The notes beneath the pieces are model-generated. The model made no database searches. It saw nothing but the letters and a program-made list of their open reading frames with translations, and was not told where the DNA came from. Both the position numbers and the translations under genes were made by a program. Positions 12,697-25,800 of a DNA stretch of 64,000 bases are shown here, piece after piece. The first letter of the stretch is position 1; every line of letters starts with the position of its first letter. This DNA comes from Mobula hypostoma. Lineage: Eukaryota. The stretch spans positions 24,800,001 to 24,864,000 of the forward strand of contig NC_086106.1 in NCBI RefSeq assembly GCF_963921235.1, read 5' to 3'.

Positions 12697-15253
12697 CTAG
12701 ACACATGTTCGGCAGAACATTGTGGGCCGAAGGGCCTGTATAGTGCTGTAAGTTTTCTATGTTTCTATGTTTCTAAGAAAACGCGGAGTCACGATTCATT
12801 GTGTTTAACGACAGTTTACGTTCGTGCTCATACAAATAAGGTAAAATTCGCAATATATTTCAACTGACTGCATCTACAAGTCAAAGCACTGCACAATTGG
12901 CAATATGAATGGCCTTTGCTCTCAGAAATATAACAGACAGCTTTGCTGAATTTTCAAAGTTTAAAGCAAAAGTATTATCAAATTACGCATGTCTCACACG
13001 CCTCCTTGAGATTCTGGTGCAATTTGTTGTTTTGCATCAGCAGTGCATAACATTTATGATGCATTAGCAAAATAAGTAAATATTTAATAAATTATTAAAT
13101 TAGCAGTGCAGAAACTGAGGGGAGAGATAGTAAATTTTTGGCTCATTTTCTATTCGGATATCTGACGTCAGATTCCTGAAAAGTTAAGTGTGACGGCATG
13201 TCCTCGGTGATGGTGACTGGGGAGGAGTCTTCAATTAGACAAGCTGTCTCTACGAAATATCACCTTTTGCACGTATCCTGAAAACGTTTGAGTGTTGCGT
13301 CAATGATATAGCAGGCTGAGTTTAAAATGTTCTGCGGTTATTTTGTTTCTGTTTTTTTTTCTCTTCCTGCGCAGTTGCTCCACCATACCAGACAGAGATG
13401 CAACCAGTTATAATCGTCCCCGTATATCTTCAGAAAATACTTTGCGTATTTGATGGCAGACGAATTCTCAAGCCTCCAGTGACATTTAGCCTCTGTCATA
13501 CCTTCTTTGTAATTATGCCCAGAATAAATCCACTGAGCTGTCGAGAGCCACACAGTAGAAACTTCTTAATCTTTCCACTTCTGATTTCCAGATAAGGATT
13601 GTTATGTGTTCCATCACCTTCGATTCCTGAAGTCCAAAATGAATTTTGGTCTTAGTGAGACAACACTCAAGCAGCTGATCTCTAATGCTTCGTACGCCTC
13701 TTCTTCTCTATCTGAAATTATGCAAACAATATCTATTTTGCCGTAAAATTTAACGACTGGATTGGAGGTGTCGGAAATCTCACAATTCTGCTTGTAGTAA
13801 GGGTCAAGAAGGTATGGTTGAATCGTGGCACAGTTGATTGTCAGCAGCGATGAGATTTTTTTTTTCTAATTGGTTTACCATTAGGTCTTCCGTTTTGGAG
13901 ATCTAATGCAGTTGCAGGGGAAGGCTTTAAGAACCGGGTTTTGAACTTGTTGGTTAAAGCTGAAGAGAGCTGATGGCTGAGAAGAAAGGCATCCCAACAC
14001 TGATGTTGCGAATACAAAATTAAATATAATATGAACGTCTCCTAGTTCACGATAAAGGGTTGACACAACTGATAGTAATTAATCCCCAGACGTTTCTGTA
14101 ATATTTCCATTAGCGATAGAGTGCGGTGACAATCCTGAAGAAATCAAGAAATGTTTCCTTCTGTGCTAACTTTAGAGCCATTTGACAATGTTACAGTTCA
14201 GGAATGCATCATTTGAACTCTGTAGAGTATAACAGATATAATTGTGCATCAGCAGAATAATCTTGAATGTGTTGCTGCTGGATTTTTTGAATTTGTTTGT
14301 CCTTAACTATATATTCAAGCCGGCCGAGAAGAAACATAAATACCTGCTGAAGCTGTTGTACTTCCACCCTTACATCATACATTTTTTGCGGGTAATACAT
14401 TATACGAAGAAACACTGCATATGCTTTATAACAGAGAGCTCGAGCTCGTTTAGCGGACTCAGCGAAGTGCATCATCTTCTGCAAGTGCAATCTGGAAAAT
14501 ATCTGAGACGAAGATAAAAAATATAAATTTTCCCATTTTCACTGGTGTGCACGATAACAGGACGAACTGCAAACGCCCCTCCCATCAATTGCCCAGTAAG
14601 CAGTATGTGTAAATAATCAGTGGCACTGAAAGAAACTGCACAAAATAAATTCTGGGCTTCCTTCAAGCCTCAAAGCCGGTTACACAAATAATCAACGCCA
14701 CCATATTTTCGATAAATTCTCAAGACATTTAGAGGAAAGAAAAAAAATCGCAGACACCGGCGAGAGACGAAGAAATGTTGTGCGCCAGAAGTTTTAGCCC
14801 GTTTCAGCGTTTTTCTATTAAATCTGATTTCCCTATGTTCTGCCTGAAATCGGCCGGAGATATTTACTGCCTGATTTTATCTCCTATTTGGCACACTTAC
14901 TTCGTAACACTTCCTTTCATATTTCTGGCATTATCTACCTCAACGTGCAAGCGCAATTTGATGACAGTCTTCTCCAAGACGCCCACCAGCTACATTACCT
15001 TCGCTCACCGACGAGCGGCACTGTGCAGTTAATGTTGACAGGCAACGGGTCTACTCCATTGTTTACATATCTTCGCCGGTTGGAAGCTGACCTGTCGAAT
15101 CCTGCATCACGTTTGAAAGCTGTTTGTCAAGGATTTGATACTGTTAAATTGCGCTTGAGTTTGGATGTTTTAGACAGATTTTGCTCTATTTGTTTAATCC
15201 GACAGTCCGTTCTCACTGGACGATTACAGAATTACAGAGACGGAGAACGTTCT

Positions 15254-15801
15254 AGTAAAGGTGGATTCCTGCCGCTCCTCATTATTATGTTCCTCTTCCG
15301 TAAGTTGTTACTTCATTGTAATAACCAACATCAACCTAAAATACTACTTTAATACTCTAGAATAGTACTGTAATATTCGAAGCTACTCCAACTATCCTTC
15401 AATGACGCTTATTCTATGTAAGGTTGCAGTTTGTTGGAAGTGTTGATTGTTATTTGTTATTCGTTTTACGGTTACACGGGGATCATCATGACATTGTGGA
15501 ACAGTTGCTCTGTTAAACAAACTACCATGAAAGGAAATCACGACAGTTTTGAATTTAACTTTGCAGCCAAGTGGTGACGCCCAGATGTTTTCCTGAGCAG
15601 ACAACAAGCAAAGTCATTTTTTGTGGATTCCAACAGGGAAAGTAAATCGACAAAGGGACAGAGCAGACCGGTGGTTTGATATAGTAAACAATACACAGAT
15701 ATAGTAAACAATATACATAAATATTCTGTTCCAACCCGACTCGGTCATGTACCTCTACAAAAGACAATATACCAAAGTATCTTTTGCAATGAACAAAAAA
15801 C
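15254..15801 (+). pseudogene. Old TCR V pseudogene, divergent subfamily
   Basis: Leader-like xKGGFLPLLIIMFLF+C|GTAAG; acceptor TTAC (from TTAG); GAC ATT GTG GAA CAG (DIVEQ); GAC TCG GTC ATG TAC CTC TAC (DSVMYLY); GACAATA-23-ACAAAAAAC; 20-bp tandem duplication near 15680-15720. Confidence 0.75.
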
Positions 15802-16419
15802 GCTAACAAAAAATTCGTGTGTGTTCGATAGAGTGCGAACTCATCAAAAGAAACAGGGCTGGCAAAGCAATGTGGAAACAAATTCGAAGTAACGTCAGAA
15901 ATTACCTGAATTGATTTATAATATAGAGGGTCGAGCACAACTTGATACTATTTCCTTCTATATTTTATGTATTTTTTTTTTGAATTTTGGACGTTTTCAC
16001 TATGGTCCCACCAAAATCTGATTACACGACTCCTGTGCTGCTTAAATGGAACATTCTGCCAGAAATGTTGCATTACTCCAGTGCACAATACCAATAGATT
16101 GACATTTTGAAAGGGGTGGCCGATGAATAGACAGCATAATGACGAAAGACGTGCTAATATTCTGATCAGACAAAACTTCCCATCAATATCAAAAAGGAAT
16201 AAACGTATGGTTATCTCACACTGCAACAATATTATCGCTGGCGATTTCAGTCAACGGTTTGCACACACACTTCTGATATATCTCATAAGCATGCAGACTC
16301 TCACAGCTATCTTCACTATACCTCTTCGCACACAATCTCTGGTAAAAATGGTCGCTCTATGTCATTGTTATTCTGTCTCCTCTGTGTTCCGCTCTCAGTA
16401 TGTTGCTGTCAATAAAAGC

Positions 16420-16940
16420 GAAATAACGTTTGATATGTTATCATTCTGTAAAATACAGGGCTTCCCTTCCTCTGAAATCGATACTGCACTCACGTGCATC
16501 TGCTCCATTTCCCATCATGCCATTGCTTTGAGAGGGTAAATTTCCCATTGTACTTTGGAGACTCAGCCAGCACATCACTTCACGGAACTTCCACTGTCTT
16601 CCGTGAGACATATGTCGAAGCACAACTTTCTCTCCACATTTCCATGTTTTCCGCCTCCTTCAGCGATCATGCTCTGCGTGACTCCATTGTCATGTGCAAC
16701 TGCATAAGGAACTCAATGCTGTCACTTTTTCTTGCAAGTGGAATATGTTCTAATGTTGCCCATTCACCACCTCGCTCACCACCAATCAGGGCCCCGACAG
16801 TCTTTCCAGATGATTCAATAGTTTACCTGCCTGTCTTTCGTGGACACAAGTTTTGCCTGACTCTCCAGGCACGGCGAAGAATGATAGAATAAAATCGACC
16901 TGGACTGGGAGCTTTTTCCGGCATCTTCGCTCTGTCCCCC
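16420..16940 (+). mobile_element. Old Penelope-like fragment
   Basis: Aligns by eye with 56170-56600 (GGCTTCCCTTCCTC... and ...GATCATGCTCTGCGTGACTCCATTGTC). The paralog is at 62240-62755. Confidence 0.6.
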
Positions 16941-16944
16941 AAAA

Positions 16945-17555
16945 CAAAGTCCAAAGTAAATTTACCAGTGAGATAATTTTCTTGTGAGCATACTCAAGAA
17001 ATTCAATGACTGCTGTACAATCAGTGAAATATGGCACACAACAGTGTAGACAATNNNNNNNNNNNNNNNNNNNNNNNNNNNNNNNNNNNNNNNNNNNNNN
17101 NNNNNNNNNNNNNNNNNNNNNNNNNNNNNNNNNNNNNNNNNNNNNNNNNNNNNNNNNNNNNNNNNNNNNNNNNNNNNNNNNNNNNNNNNNNNNNNNNNNN
17201 NNNNNNNNNNNNNNNNNNNNNNNNNNNNNNNNNNNNNNNNNNNNNNNNNNNNNNNNNNNNNNNGAATAAATATCGAGAGCATGAAATGCATATATCCTTG
17301 AAAGTGAGTCGATAGCTTGGAGGAACAGTTCAGTGATGGGCAAGATTTCCCCCTCTCGTTCAACAGCCTGATATTTGAGAAGTAAGATATTATCCTGAAC
17401 CTCGAAACGTGAGTCTTCAGCTTCATTTACCTTCTCCCTGATGGGGAACCGCACGGGGTGCATGACTCTGCTAGTGGGCGTCCCTGATCATGAATGCACA
17501 TTTCCCGCGATAACGATCTGTGTAGCTATGATGTAGCAGTTTTACAGGTGATGTA
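16945..17555 (-). mobile_element. LINE 3' end (Rex1/Babar-like), contains an assembly gap
   Basis: ATCAGGGACGCCCAC...ATCAGGGAGAAGGTA...GGATAAT C-terminal/3'UTR motifs ending AAATTTACTTTGGACTTTG. The paralog at 62757+ extends into an RT domain. Confidence 0.6.
17055..17263. other. Assembly gap (209 N)
   Basis: Run of n. Confidence 1.
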
Positions 17556-17558
17556 CTT

Positions 17559-17785
17559 TTCATAATGGGGGCGCTGGGAGCGGACCCAGATGAAAGACAC
17601 AGACACTGAGGTACTAGGAACAGGACTAGGTCTAGAGTTGAGCAAGCATGGGAAGTGGGGAAGAAAGAATGCTGGACATTGACACAGGCCCTGGAGAGAC
17701 TAGGATGCAGGGCCTGTGCTAGGACAAGGACTAGAAAGACGGAACCCGGACAAGGGACTAGAAATAAGGATCCTTGGTCTATTGA
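17559..17785 (-). mobile_element. Fragment of the LTR family at 11218/43445
   Basis: The reverse complement matches the LTR terminal part CTAGTACCTCAGTGTCTGTGTCTT..TGGGTCCG. Confidence 0.6.
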
Positions 17786-17799
17786 AGTGACAGTTTCTT

Positions 17800-20700
17800 G
17801 CAAGATAGCTGCTGGGATCTTGATTATGTGTTATACTATATTTGAGACGGAAAAGGTTTTACTGATATAGGTTAACGGGTTTGTCCAGGTGTCTTTGTTC
17901 TTATTTCTTTGCTATGATTGTCTATGAGAACTGCTTTGCCTTTCTAATTTGTTGTTGCTGGAATTGGGGCGGTTGATGGCAGTGTTTACTGTCTGACATT
18001 GCTAAGTAACGCTCACAGATGTTACAAAGTAAAGGGTTGAATGGGAGGAGTGATTGGGGGGTGGGGGTGGGGTACGAACTACATCAAGCTCTCAAGAATC
18101 ATCTTCCAAAGCACTTAAACTTTTTCTGACGGATTTGATTTTAACTGATTTGTGGAGGGTGCATAATCAATTTGCCAAAGACTAAACTTTTTTCTCCACA
18201 AGACTTAAAACTTTCTCTCGGATAGATTACATTGTTATATCCCCCATTCTGCTACCTTTAGTACATTCCAAAGAATTTTTACCCAGACATCTATCTGGTC
18301 ACAACCCAGTCATATGTACTTTTAATTATGGCAAAATTAAAAATAAGGCTACAAGGTGGAGGTTTAACTCCATCCTTCTAAAAAACGACGAATTTCTATC
18401 ACAACTGAGAACAAATCTGACAGAATTTATACATTTAAATGCAAATAGTGTCTCAGATGTGACAGTGATTTTGGCCTCCATCAAGGTTTTCTTACGAAAT
18501 AACGCTATATCGTTCAGTTCTCACCTACATAAAAGCCAGCCTCAAAAGATTTCCCCCTTAGAAGAAGAATGTAAGGTTTTGGGAAATGATCTCAAAAGCA
18601 TATACACCATAACAAAAGAGAACGAGCTCAAAACAGAACAAGCAGAATTAAATATTTATTAAGAAGCTGGGCAGAATGTATGATCCATATAACCAAACAT
18701 AAGTATTACGCAGAAGGCAGCAGACCGAGCCTTCTTTTAGCTCTAACGCTCAAACAACAGGAAACTAAAAGATCTATACCAGAGATTAGATGTGCTGAAC
18801 GTTGAGTAGTATCTTCAACGGAGGAAGTAAACGAGACATTCAAGAATTACTTTAAAGAATTGTATACAAGTGGCTCAGTTCCTTCTGAGAATGACTTCTC
18901 AGATTATTTTTTAGTGGATTACACCTCTCTACGTTGTCATTAGAGGTCACAAAAACTCTACACTCTCCTATTACACTGGATGAGCTACTGAAAGCAGTTA
19001 AAGCTACAAATAAGGGTCGTACGCCAGGCATAGATGGCATACCTGTGGAACTTTATCTAGCACTTTGGGCTATTCTTGAACCAGTATGGTCTGAAACATT
19101 AAATTATGCTTCTGGAAATTGCGCTTTCCATAGAGATCTAAACACAGCCCATATCACAGTTACACCTAAGCCCGGCAAGGTCCCCTTGGAGTGTGCCAAT
19201 TACCATCCAATCTCCTTGATAAATGCAGCCCTCAAGATATTTTCCAAAGTCTTAGCCAGTTGACTTGAGACAGTAGTTGGGAAAATAATTAGCCCAGATC
19301 AAACGGGCTTATCAATGGACTTCTCGCGTCTGATAATATTTGCCGGCGCTTACACGTACTGAGTGCAACACATAAAATCCCGCCTGCCTGTGGCCTGCTA
19401 TTTCTAGATGGTGAAAAAGGGTTCGATCGCCTTGAATGGCCATATCTTTGGAGAGTTCTAAAATAATTTAAGTTCGGCGATAAGTTTATCAATATGATTT
19501 TAACACTGTGTGCTAATCCTTGAGCCCGGGTATGTGTGGGAGGAGGTTTCTCAGAGTTATTTGGTATAGGACGGGGCACACGACAAGGGGACCTTTTTTC
19601 TCCTTTTTTTTTACTATATCTATTGAACCGCTTGCACATTTAATTAAAAACTCTCCTCAGATCTCCCCTAGAACAATAGGTAAAAACATCGCATTCAATA
19701 TCACTTTAAGCGGACGACACCTAGTTTATATGGCAAATGCTCAACAAACTCTCCCCTTTGTTTTAAAAACATTGGAGCTATTTGGATTTCATTCAGGATA
19801 CAACGATAATTTGTCAAAATCAGCACTGATGCTGATTAATACGCATAAAAGTAAGGTGCCTCTCCCTCCCCAGATTAAAGCTACAAATGAAGTCCTTTAC
19901 TTCGGTATTAAAGTTAATAATTCCTTATCATCTGTGGCTACAACAAATTGCTTTTTAATTATGCAAAAATAGATGAAGGTACTAATAGATGGAGACACCT
20001 GCCGGCATCAGTCCCAGCCCGTTTATCGGTCATTAAAATAAACATTACCCCGCATTAATTTTATCAACTGAATGATCCCTCTTGCACCTCCAGCAGGATA
20101 TTGGTAAAAACTTGACTCCTTACTACGATACTATGCTTGGAATGGTGAAAGATCCAATAGAAAATGGTCAGCTCTACAATTCAAAAAGTCGAATGGGGGA
20201 TTGGCATTTCCAAATTTTAAATTGTATCTCTGGGCATTTGTATTAACAAATCCTAGCTATTGGATGGAGGAGGATTAAGTTTCGTCCTGGAAAAATATAG
20301 AACAAGAGCTAATAGCACCAATAACGTTGAAGGGCTTTCCCCTTATAGGTATGTCTACCAAAAAAACGGATTTATATTACAGTCCAATTTTAACCCATAT
20401 GCAAACGTTTGTAGTACAAGTGTTTAGAGCAGCAGAAATACTCCTAACATTTAAAAGCGTATGGTGCAAATCATCTCCATTGTTGAATAGTAATCGTTTA
20501 CTACTGGGGTGGGGGGGGAGAACCATTCATTAACAGAACTTGGGAGGATAAAGGTATTACTACTCTCAAGATATTAATGGGACAAGTACTATCCTTAGCT
20601 TTCAAAAACGGGTATCTCGAAAAAATATTGATAAACATTATCTTTTCTTCTACTTTCGAGTAAGATCGGCTTGTAAAACCTATGGTGTTCCCTGGGGTCA

Positions 20701-21574
20701 GATTAAAAGGACTATCCAATGTTATGTTGGATACAGAGTGCTCCAGGACAGATAGTGTCATATATCTATGATAAATTAAACTCCATGACTTATATGCCCA
20801 CATCGAGAATGAAAGCTGGGATAGGTACGTATCTGAATTGGGGCAATACTGAGACTGGGATGTGATTTGGGATAATGCTGCCGGCGCTTCGAAAAACCCG
20901 AATCATCGGTATATACACTTGAAATTTTTGCCATAGAGCATATTTAACACCGACAATTTGGACATCAGATGGGATTGGTTCCAGGCCTATATTGCTCATT
21001 TTGCTCCCATGGAGCCATTGGCTCTTTTATACATGTTGTATGGGAATATTCAGGGGTTTTTGATTTGAGGGGGAAGATTATCAGTACTCTCACATAACTA
21101 ACAGGATACAAATAACAATAGACCCCGCTGTACATCTTCTAAATGAGGACTTTCACGTCTCCCTTATGGAAAAAGAAAACACGCAAAATCTGGCTGGCAG
21201 CCCTGACTACAGCTAAGAAGACTGTAGTCCAGCGTTGGAAACCTCCCCATGATATTTCGAAGATTCACTGGCTTCGGAGTTTTTGGACATTTCTTACCTG
21301 GAACTTTCATCAGCAGGGGTAAAGGATGCACGACCAAACACAATCTTAATGTGGACAAATTTGATATCTAACTTAAAATTTATTTTGTTAAAAAATGAAT
21401 GCTTTGTCTGTGTATGTGCTACTATTCCGTTGATAGGTCGAGGGGAGTGGGATAGGTGGAGGGGGATGGTGATGAAGGTTGGGGGATGGCTGGGTTAAGC
21501 AGTCAAAATGTAATTGACAACTGGTTGTATTGAATGTAATTTGTTGGTGCTGCAATATAAAAAGATAATAAAAA
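17800..21574 (+). mobile_element. Decayed L1-clade LINE (second family)
   Basis: ORF2 remnants: endonuclease (DLWR, RIDY, HNPV), GRTPGIDG, YHPISLIN and RT region; A-rich end AATATAAAAAGATAATAAAAA at about 21554-21574. The 5' boundary is approximate. Confidence 0.82.
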
Positions 21575-21974
21575 TGCAGGCCACAATTTATAACTCACAC
21601 ACGCCCCCTAGTGGAAGTCTGGAAAAGAAAACAAGATCTGCTTCGTAGATGAAAAGCGCATGATTGCCTTAACAGGTTAATCAGAATTAACTTGAAGACA
21701 TTTTCCAGCCGATCCATAGATTTTGTAATTAAAAACAAAAGAGCATAGGAAGAAATGCAAATGTAAATGAAATAATTCATTCTAAATCGAGGAAAATTAA
21801 TCACTTCCGGATTGTGTTGATATCGGTATGAGATATCGTATTTCATTTGTTACGCTGTCATTTACTGATGCAAACATTTTTCCGCTTGTTCTTTGTCATC
21901 GCGGACAATAGATGAAGGAAGACTGATGCTCTTTAACTTTATCCAAATATAAATCATATTTTACTGATTTTTTA

Positions 21975-22359
21975 AGTTTTTGAGATCGAATGTTTCATTA
22001 AAACAGACAATTAATTAGTCGCAAGTGACACAGGTATTTCCTTCATATTTTTCTTTTTCATTATCTAAATCTGCCTGAATGTATTCCCTGTCTCAGAAGA
22101 CATCTGACACACGTCTATTAAAATTGCGCCTACATCGTCTGTTGTTATAGGAGCGAAACATACTACGAAAACATTCTTACAAGGCCTGCTAATATTAGAT
22201 TATGTTCGCTATATTAGCTAATCCTCTGTTTATTCTGCAGGGATCTTTCACAATTATTTTTCAATACTCGGGACTGCGTTGCACTCTGGTCACTCACTCT
22301 GCATTTACACTGGTTCGTGATAGATTGGAAAATATTATCAGGTATATGATGAATAGCAT
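21975..22359 (-). pseudogene. Degenerate V pseudogene with apparently intronless leader
   Basis: Minus strand ATG CTA TTC... gives MLFIIYLIIFSNLSRTSVNA, then a V-like frame. TAA TAT TAG CAG sits at the WYxQ position and AAA TAC CTG TGT (KYLC) at 22028-22039. Nonamer TCAAAAACT follows a 23-nt spacer starting CTGT; the heptamer is poor. Confidence 0.6.
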
Positions 22360-22872
22360 GAAGCCTTCTTTGCACTGCACGGATGATTCTTCTCTTGTGG
22401 ATCTTTGTTTCACGTTCTCTTTCATTTGTGAAATTGAGGACCCGGTATGTTGTCTTTGCAACAGGTTTACATTAAAGTGTTTCGCGCTACTAATTTTGTA
22501 CGTGTTGCACTAAACGTGACCATACAGTGAACTGGTTTTGATCCTATTTACTGATGTACAAACTCTTACCATATGACAACCACAACTATAAAATTTGCTC
22601 TTGCGTCTGCTTTCACAGTGATCGTCTGACAAAGTCCATGACATTCACTGAACAATTAATCGCGTTCACAAATTTCACATAGGGAGATGCAAAAATAACG
22701 AAAGGATGTAAACATAAAACTGCTTCATACTGTAACAGGTGCTGATGCATGAGACTGAGTTATTGGACAAATTGTTCTTATTCCTACGATAGAAAGTGCG
22801 ATATACAATATCACCTTTGTTCGCAATGTGTTACGTGAAACTAAAGTAACCTGCAACATCACGTATTACAAT

Positions 22873-25800
22873 TGTTACGTAATCGGCAACAATGAACATC
22901 AATCGAAAAAGGTTATCTAAAAACAACCAAACATTCACTAAACAGGGATAAAAGATAAAAACAAACAAACAAAAAAAAACTTAACCGGAAGTTAACCGTT
23001 ATATAGCCGCTCAACAAATCGTCACTTGGCACTGGTTCTTAAAACGTTAAATGCGAAATCAGTTCTTAAAGCGATAAAGTCAGATATAGTTCTTAAAGTG
23101 GTAAATTCGAAAGTCCAACAGATTTATACGTTGAATTGGGAGAGACTTCTCTGGAGAAGGATTTCTTCATAGACGCAGCTTTCCTGTCGGTTCTGTCTAC
23201 AGGATCACTTTGGCAAGAGTTATCTCGATGCAGGTCGCTACTCCTTCAACGAAGACTCAATAAGGTCGATCCTTTATTAAACTGGTAGATGATGCCATTT
23301 CCTCTCGATCCATCGGTCCTGTACTTCAATAAAGTCTTCACTCTCCCTTCTACTGCTGGAATATGGTAAATCAGCACATCTAGCCAAAAATTTACAGTCC
23401 AATAATATTGTATCTTGCAATAGAGCGCAACACTCCGTTTTATAAATGAAACTGAGTCACAAAAACAAACACGCAACAGAAATGGAGACACAACATGTTC
23501 TACCTCGAAATCTACAAACTAAAAATTAACTGCGTCCTCTGGGGTCTACCCTTATACACCCGTGGTGCACATGTCATCGCGTGACCTCACATCGGCGGGA
23601 AAACTTTTAACAATTAACAATTTACACAAAATAATGCAAAAGTTTACTGCATACACAATATATACAGTCTTACCTTTCAGCACCTTACAAACTAATGTAC
23701 AGTAGGAGTGTTACAAATGTGAAAATACCACTCCAAAAAATGCAAATTTTCATTGTACATTTAGCATCTAGACGGACAATCAGCGATCACATTATCGTTA
23801 CCCTAAATATGATTGGTCAAAATATTGAACTCCTGTAACATTAGAGTGGATTAACAAATTGGAGTTTAATTTCGTTATCCTTTTCCTTAACAATCACAGT
23901 GGCATGACCAAATTCACTTTTAGCCAAGTTAATAGTTAAGTTAGCTTTTGAACGTCTCTCAAATAGTTCCTCCACCGCAGTGATAAGTGCTCTCCATGTA
24001 ATATTTCCTGTAACTACACCTTCAATAGTGGCATCTGTATCTTTTAATCCCTGAATCACGCTATTAATCATCCCCTGAAAAGTACCTGGTGCATTCTTCA
24101 TCCCAAATGGAAGAACATTATATTCATATAACCCAGGTGGGGTTACAAATGCTGAAATCTCTCTACCTCTATCCATCAATGGAACACACCAATAACCTTT
24201 TAACAAATCAATTTTTGTTGGTAATTTGGTCTGTCCAACTTTATGCACGCAATCATCTACACTAACTAGTGGATATGCATCAGTTTTTGTCACAGCATTC
24301 ACCTTTCTGTAATTCGTACAAACCTAATATTATTTTCTGGCTTAGGCACCATAACACACGTTGAACTCCAATTCGAATTAGAATGTCTTATAATATCGTT
24401 CCTCTAACATATACTTAATTTCTTCTTCAGCATGTTCACATTTTGCCCTGTTCATTCGATACGGATGATGTTTTAGCTGCTTTGCATCGCCAAAATCGAT
24501 ATCACCCGTAGCTATGGCGGTTCTTCTAGAGACGTCCGGAAATGAATCGCTATATTTAAAAAATAACTGTTTCATCAGCTCTCTCTGCTCTGGCTGTAAA
24601 TGAGCTATCTTTTCATCAAAATTTTCTAGAATGTTTGAATTCGATAACCTGGCTGAAATAATGTTCGGATTAAAATGAGTTTCAGATCAATCCCTCATTA
24701 AGTTTCTATCAAGATCATACTCATTATTGATCACAACAGTTATAGCAGCATCTTTTCCCTCATAATACGGTTTTATCATATTTGTTTGACACGTTTTTGT
24801 TGTCTTTCTCCGACCTAGGGTTTTTACCAAGTAAATCAACATTATTTACCTTAGATTTAATCTCATACGGACGATGAAATTTGGCTTGTAATGGGTTCGT
24901 TTGAACTGGGAAAAGAACCAACTCCTTATCTCCAGGCTTAAATGACCTCATCCTTGCTTCCTTATAATACCAAGTCTTCATCTACTCTTGAGCTAACTTT
25001 AAATTTTCCTTGGCCAAGCTACAACTTTATGCAACCTTTCTTTAAAACGTAAAACATAATCTAGCAAATTAGTGTGTACTTCTTTATTAATACACTGTTC
25101 CATTAACAAGGACAAAGGTCCTCGAACTCTATGTCCAAAAACAAGTTCAAAAGTACTAAAATCTGTGATTCCTGTACTGCCTCCCTTACTGAGAAACGTA
25201 GTAAATGTATACCTTCATCCCAGTCCTTTTCATTTTCCACACAATATGTCCTGATCATAGTTCTTTAGTGTAGAATGCAGTCTCTCCAAGGCTCCTTCTG
25301 ATTCTGGATGATAGGCTGAGGAAATAACCTGATTTGCTCCCAGTTTATAAACTATCTACTGAAACAACCCAGACATAAAATTGCTACCTTCATCTGATTA
25401 TATTTCTTTACGCATCCCAAAATAAATAAAGGATTTTATGTGAGCATTTGTCACAGTTTTGGTTGTTATATTCCTAAGAGTCACTGCCTTTGGAAAACTA
25501 GACGCTTCGCACATAATAGTTAATAACTATTGATGTTGTGACGAGAATACACATAGAATTAAGATGTTTGCTGGCCTAGGTTAGCATCAGTGACATCAGC
25601 AAGTGGTCTGCCACCTGCCCTCAGGGGAAGGAGAGATAAGGAACAATGGAGCAGCGTCTGGAGATGTGTAATGAAGGGATGGGGGAGAGAGAGCTGTCTG
25701 GAGCGGCTCCCCCCTTTGAACCTTGAACAGTTTGAAGTGATGGACAGGCGATACTCCAGCAGGGGGATAAAAAGGGACCGGTTCGCTAAGGTAGGACACA

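Larger units (their letters stand above)
10082..12775 (+). mobile_element. 5'-truncated, decayed CR1 LINE (interrupted by a solo LTR)
   Basis: RT fragments (FINDLDEEVEGWVSKFA, HLEYCAQFWSPH, MRGDLIEVYK) and a (TTTCTATG)n tail at about 12752-12775. Confidence 0.9.

Noticed and set aside
13374-13760. Strong splice acceptor followed by an open stretch (VAPPYQTEMQPV..)
   Set aside because: The paralog at 58594 has stops in the same frame, V anchors are not recoverable and there is no RSS.
14888-15352. 154-aa ORF ending in a hydrophobic segment
   Set aside because: The hydrophobic end is the dead V leader plus intron, and the paralog at 60.7-61.1k is interrupted by stops.
16962-17463. Minus-strand reading EGEILPIT..NCSSKLSTHFQGY..LLCAIF that resembles a TRAV across the gap (also 62800-63330)
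   Set aside because: The nucleotide sequence is continuous with a LINE C-terminus and 3' UTR, and the paralog extends into an RT domain. There is no hydrophobic leader and no convincing RSS.
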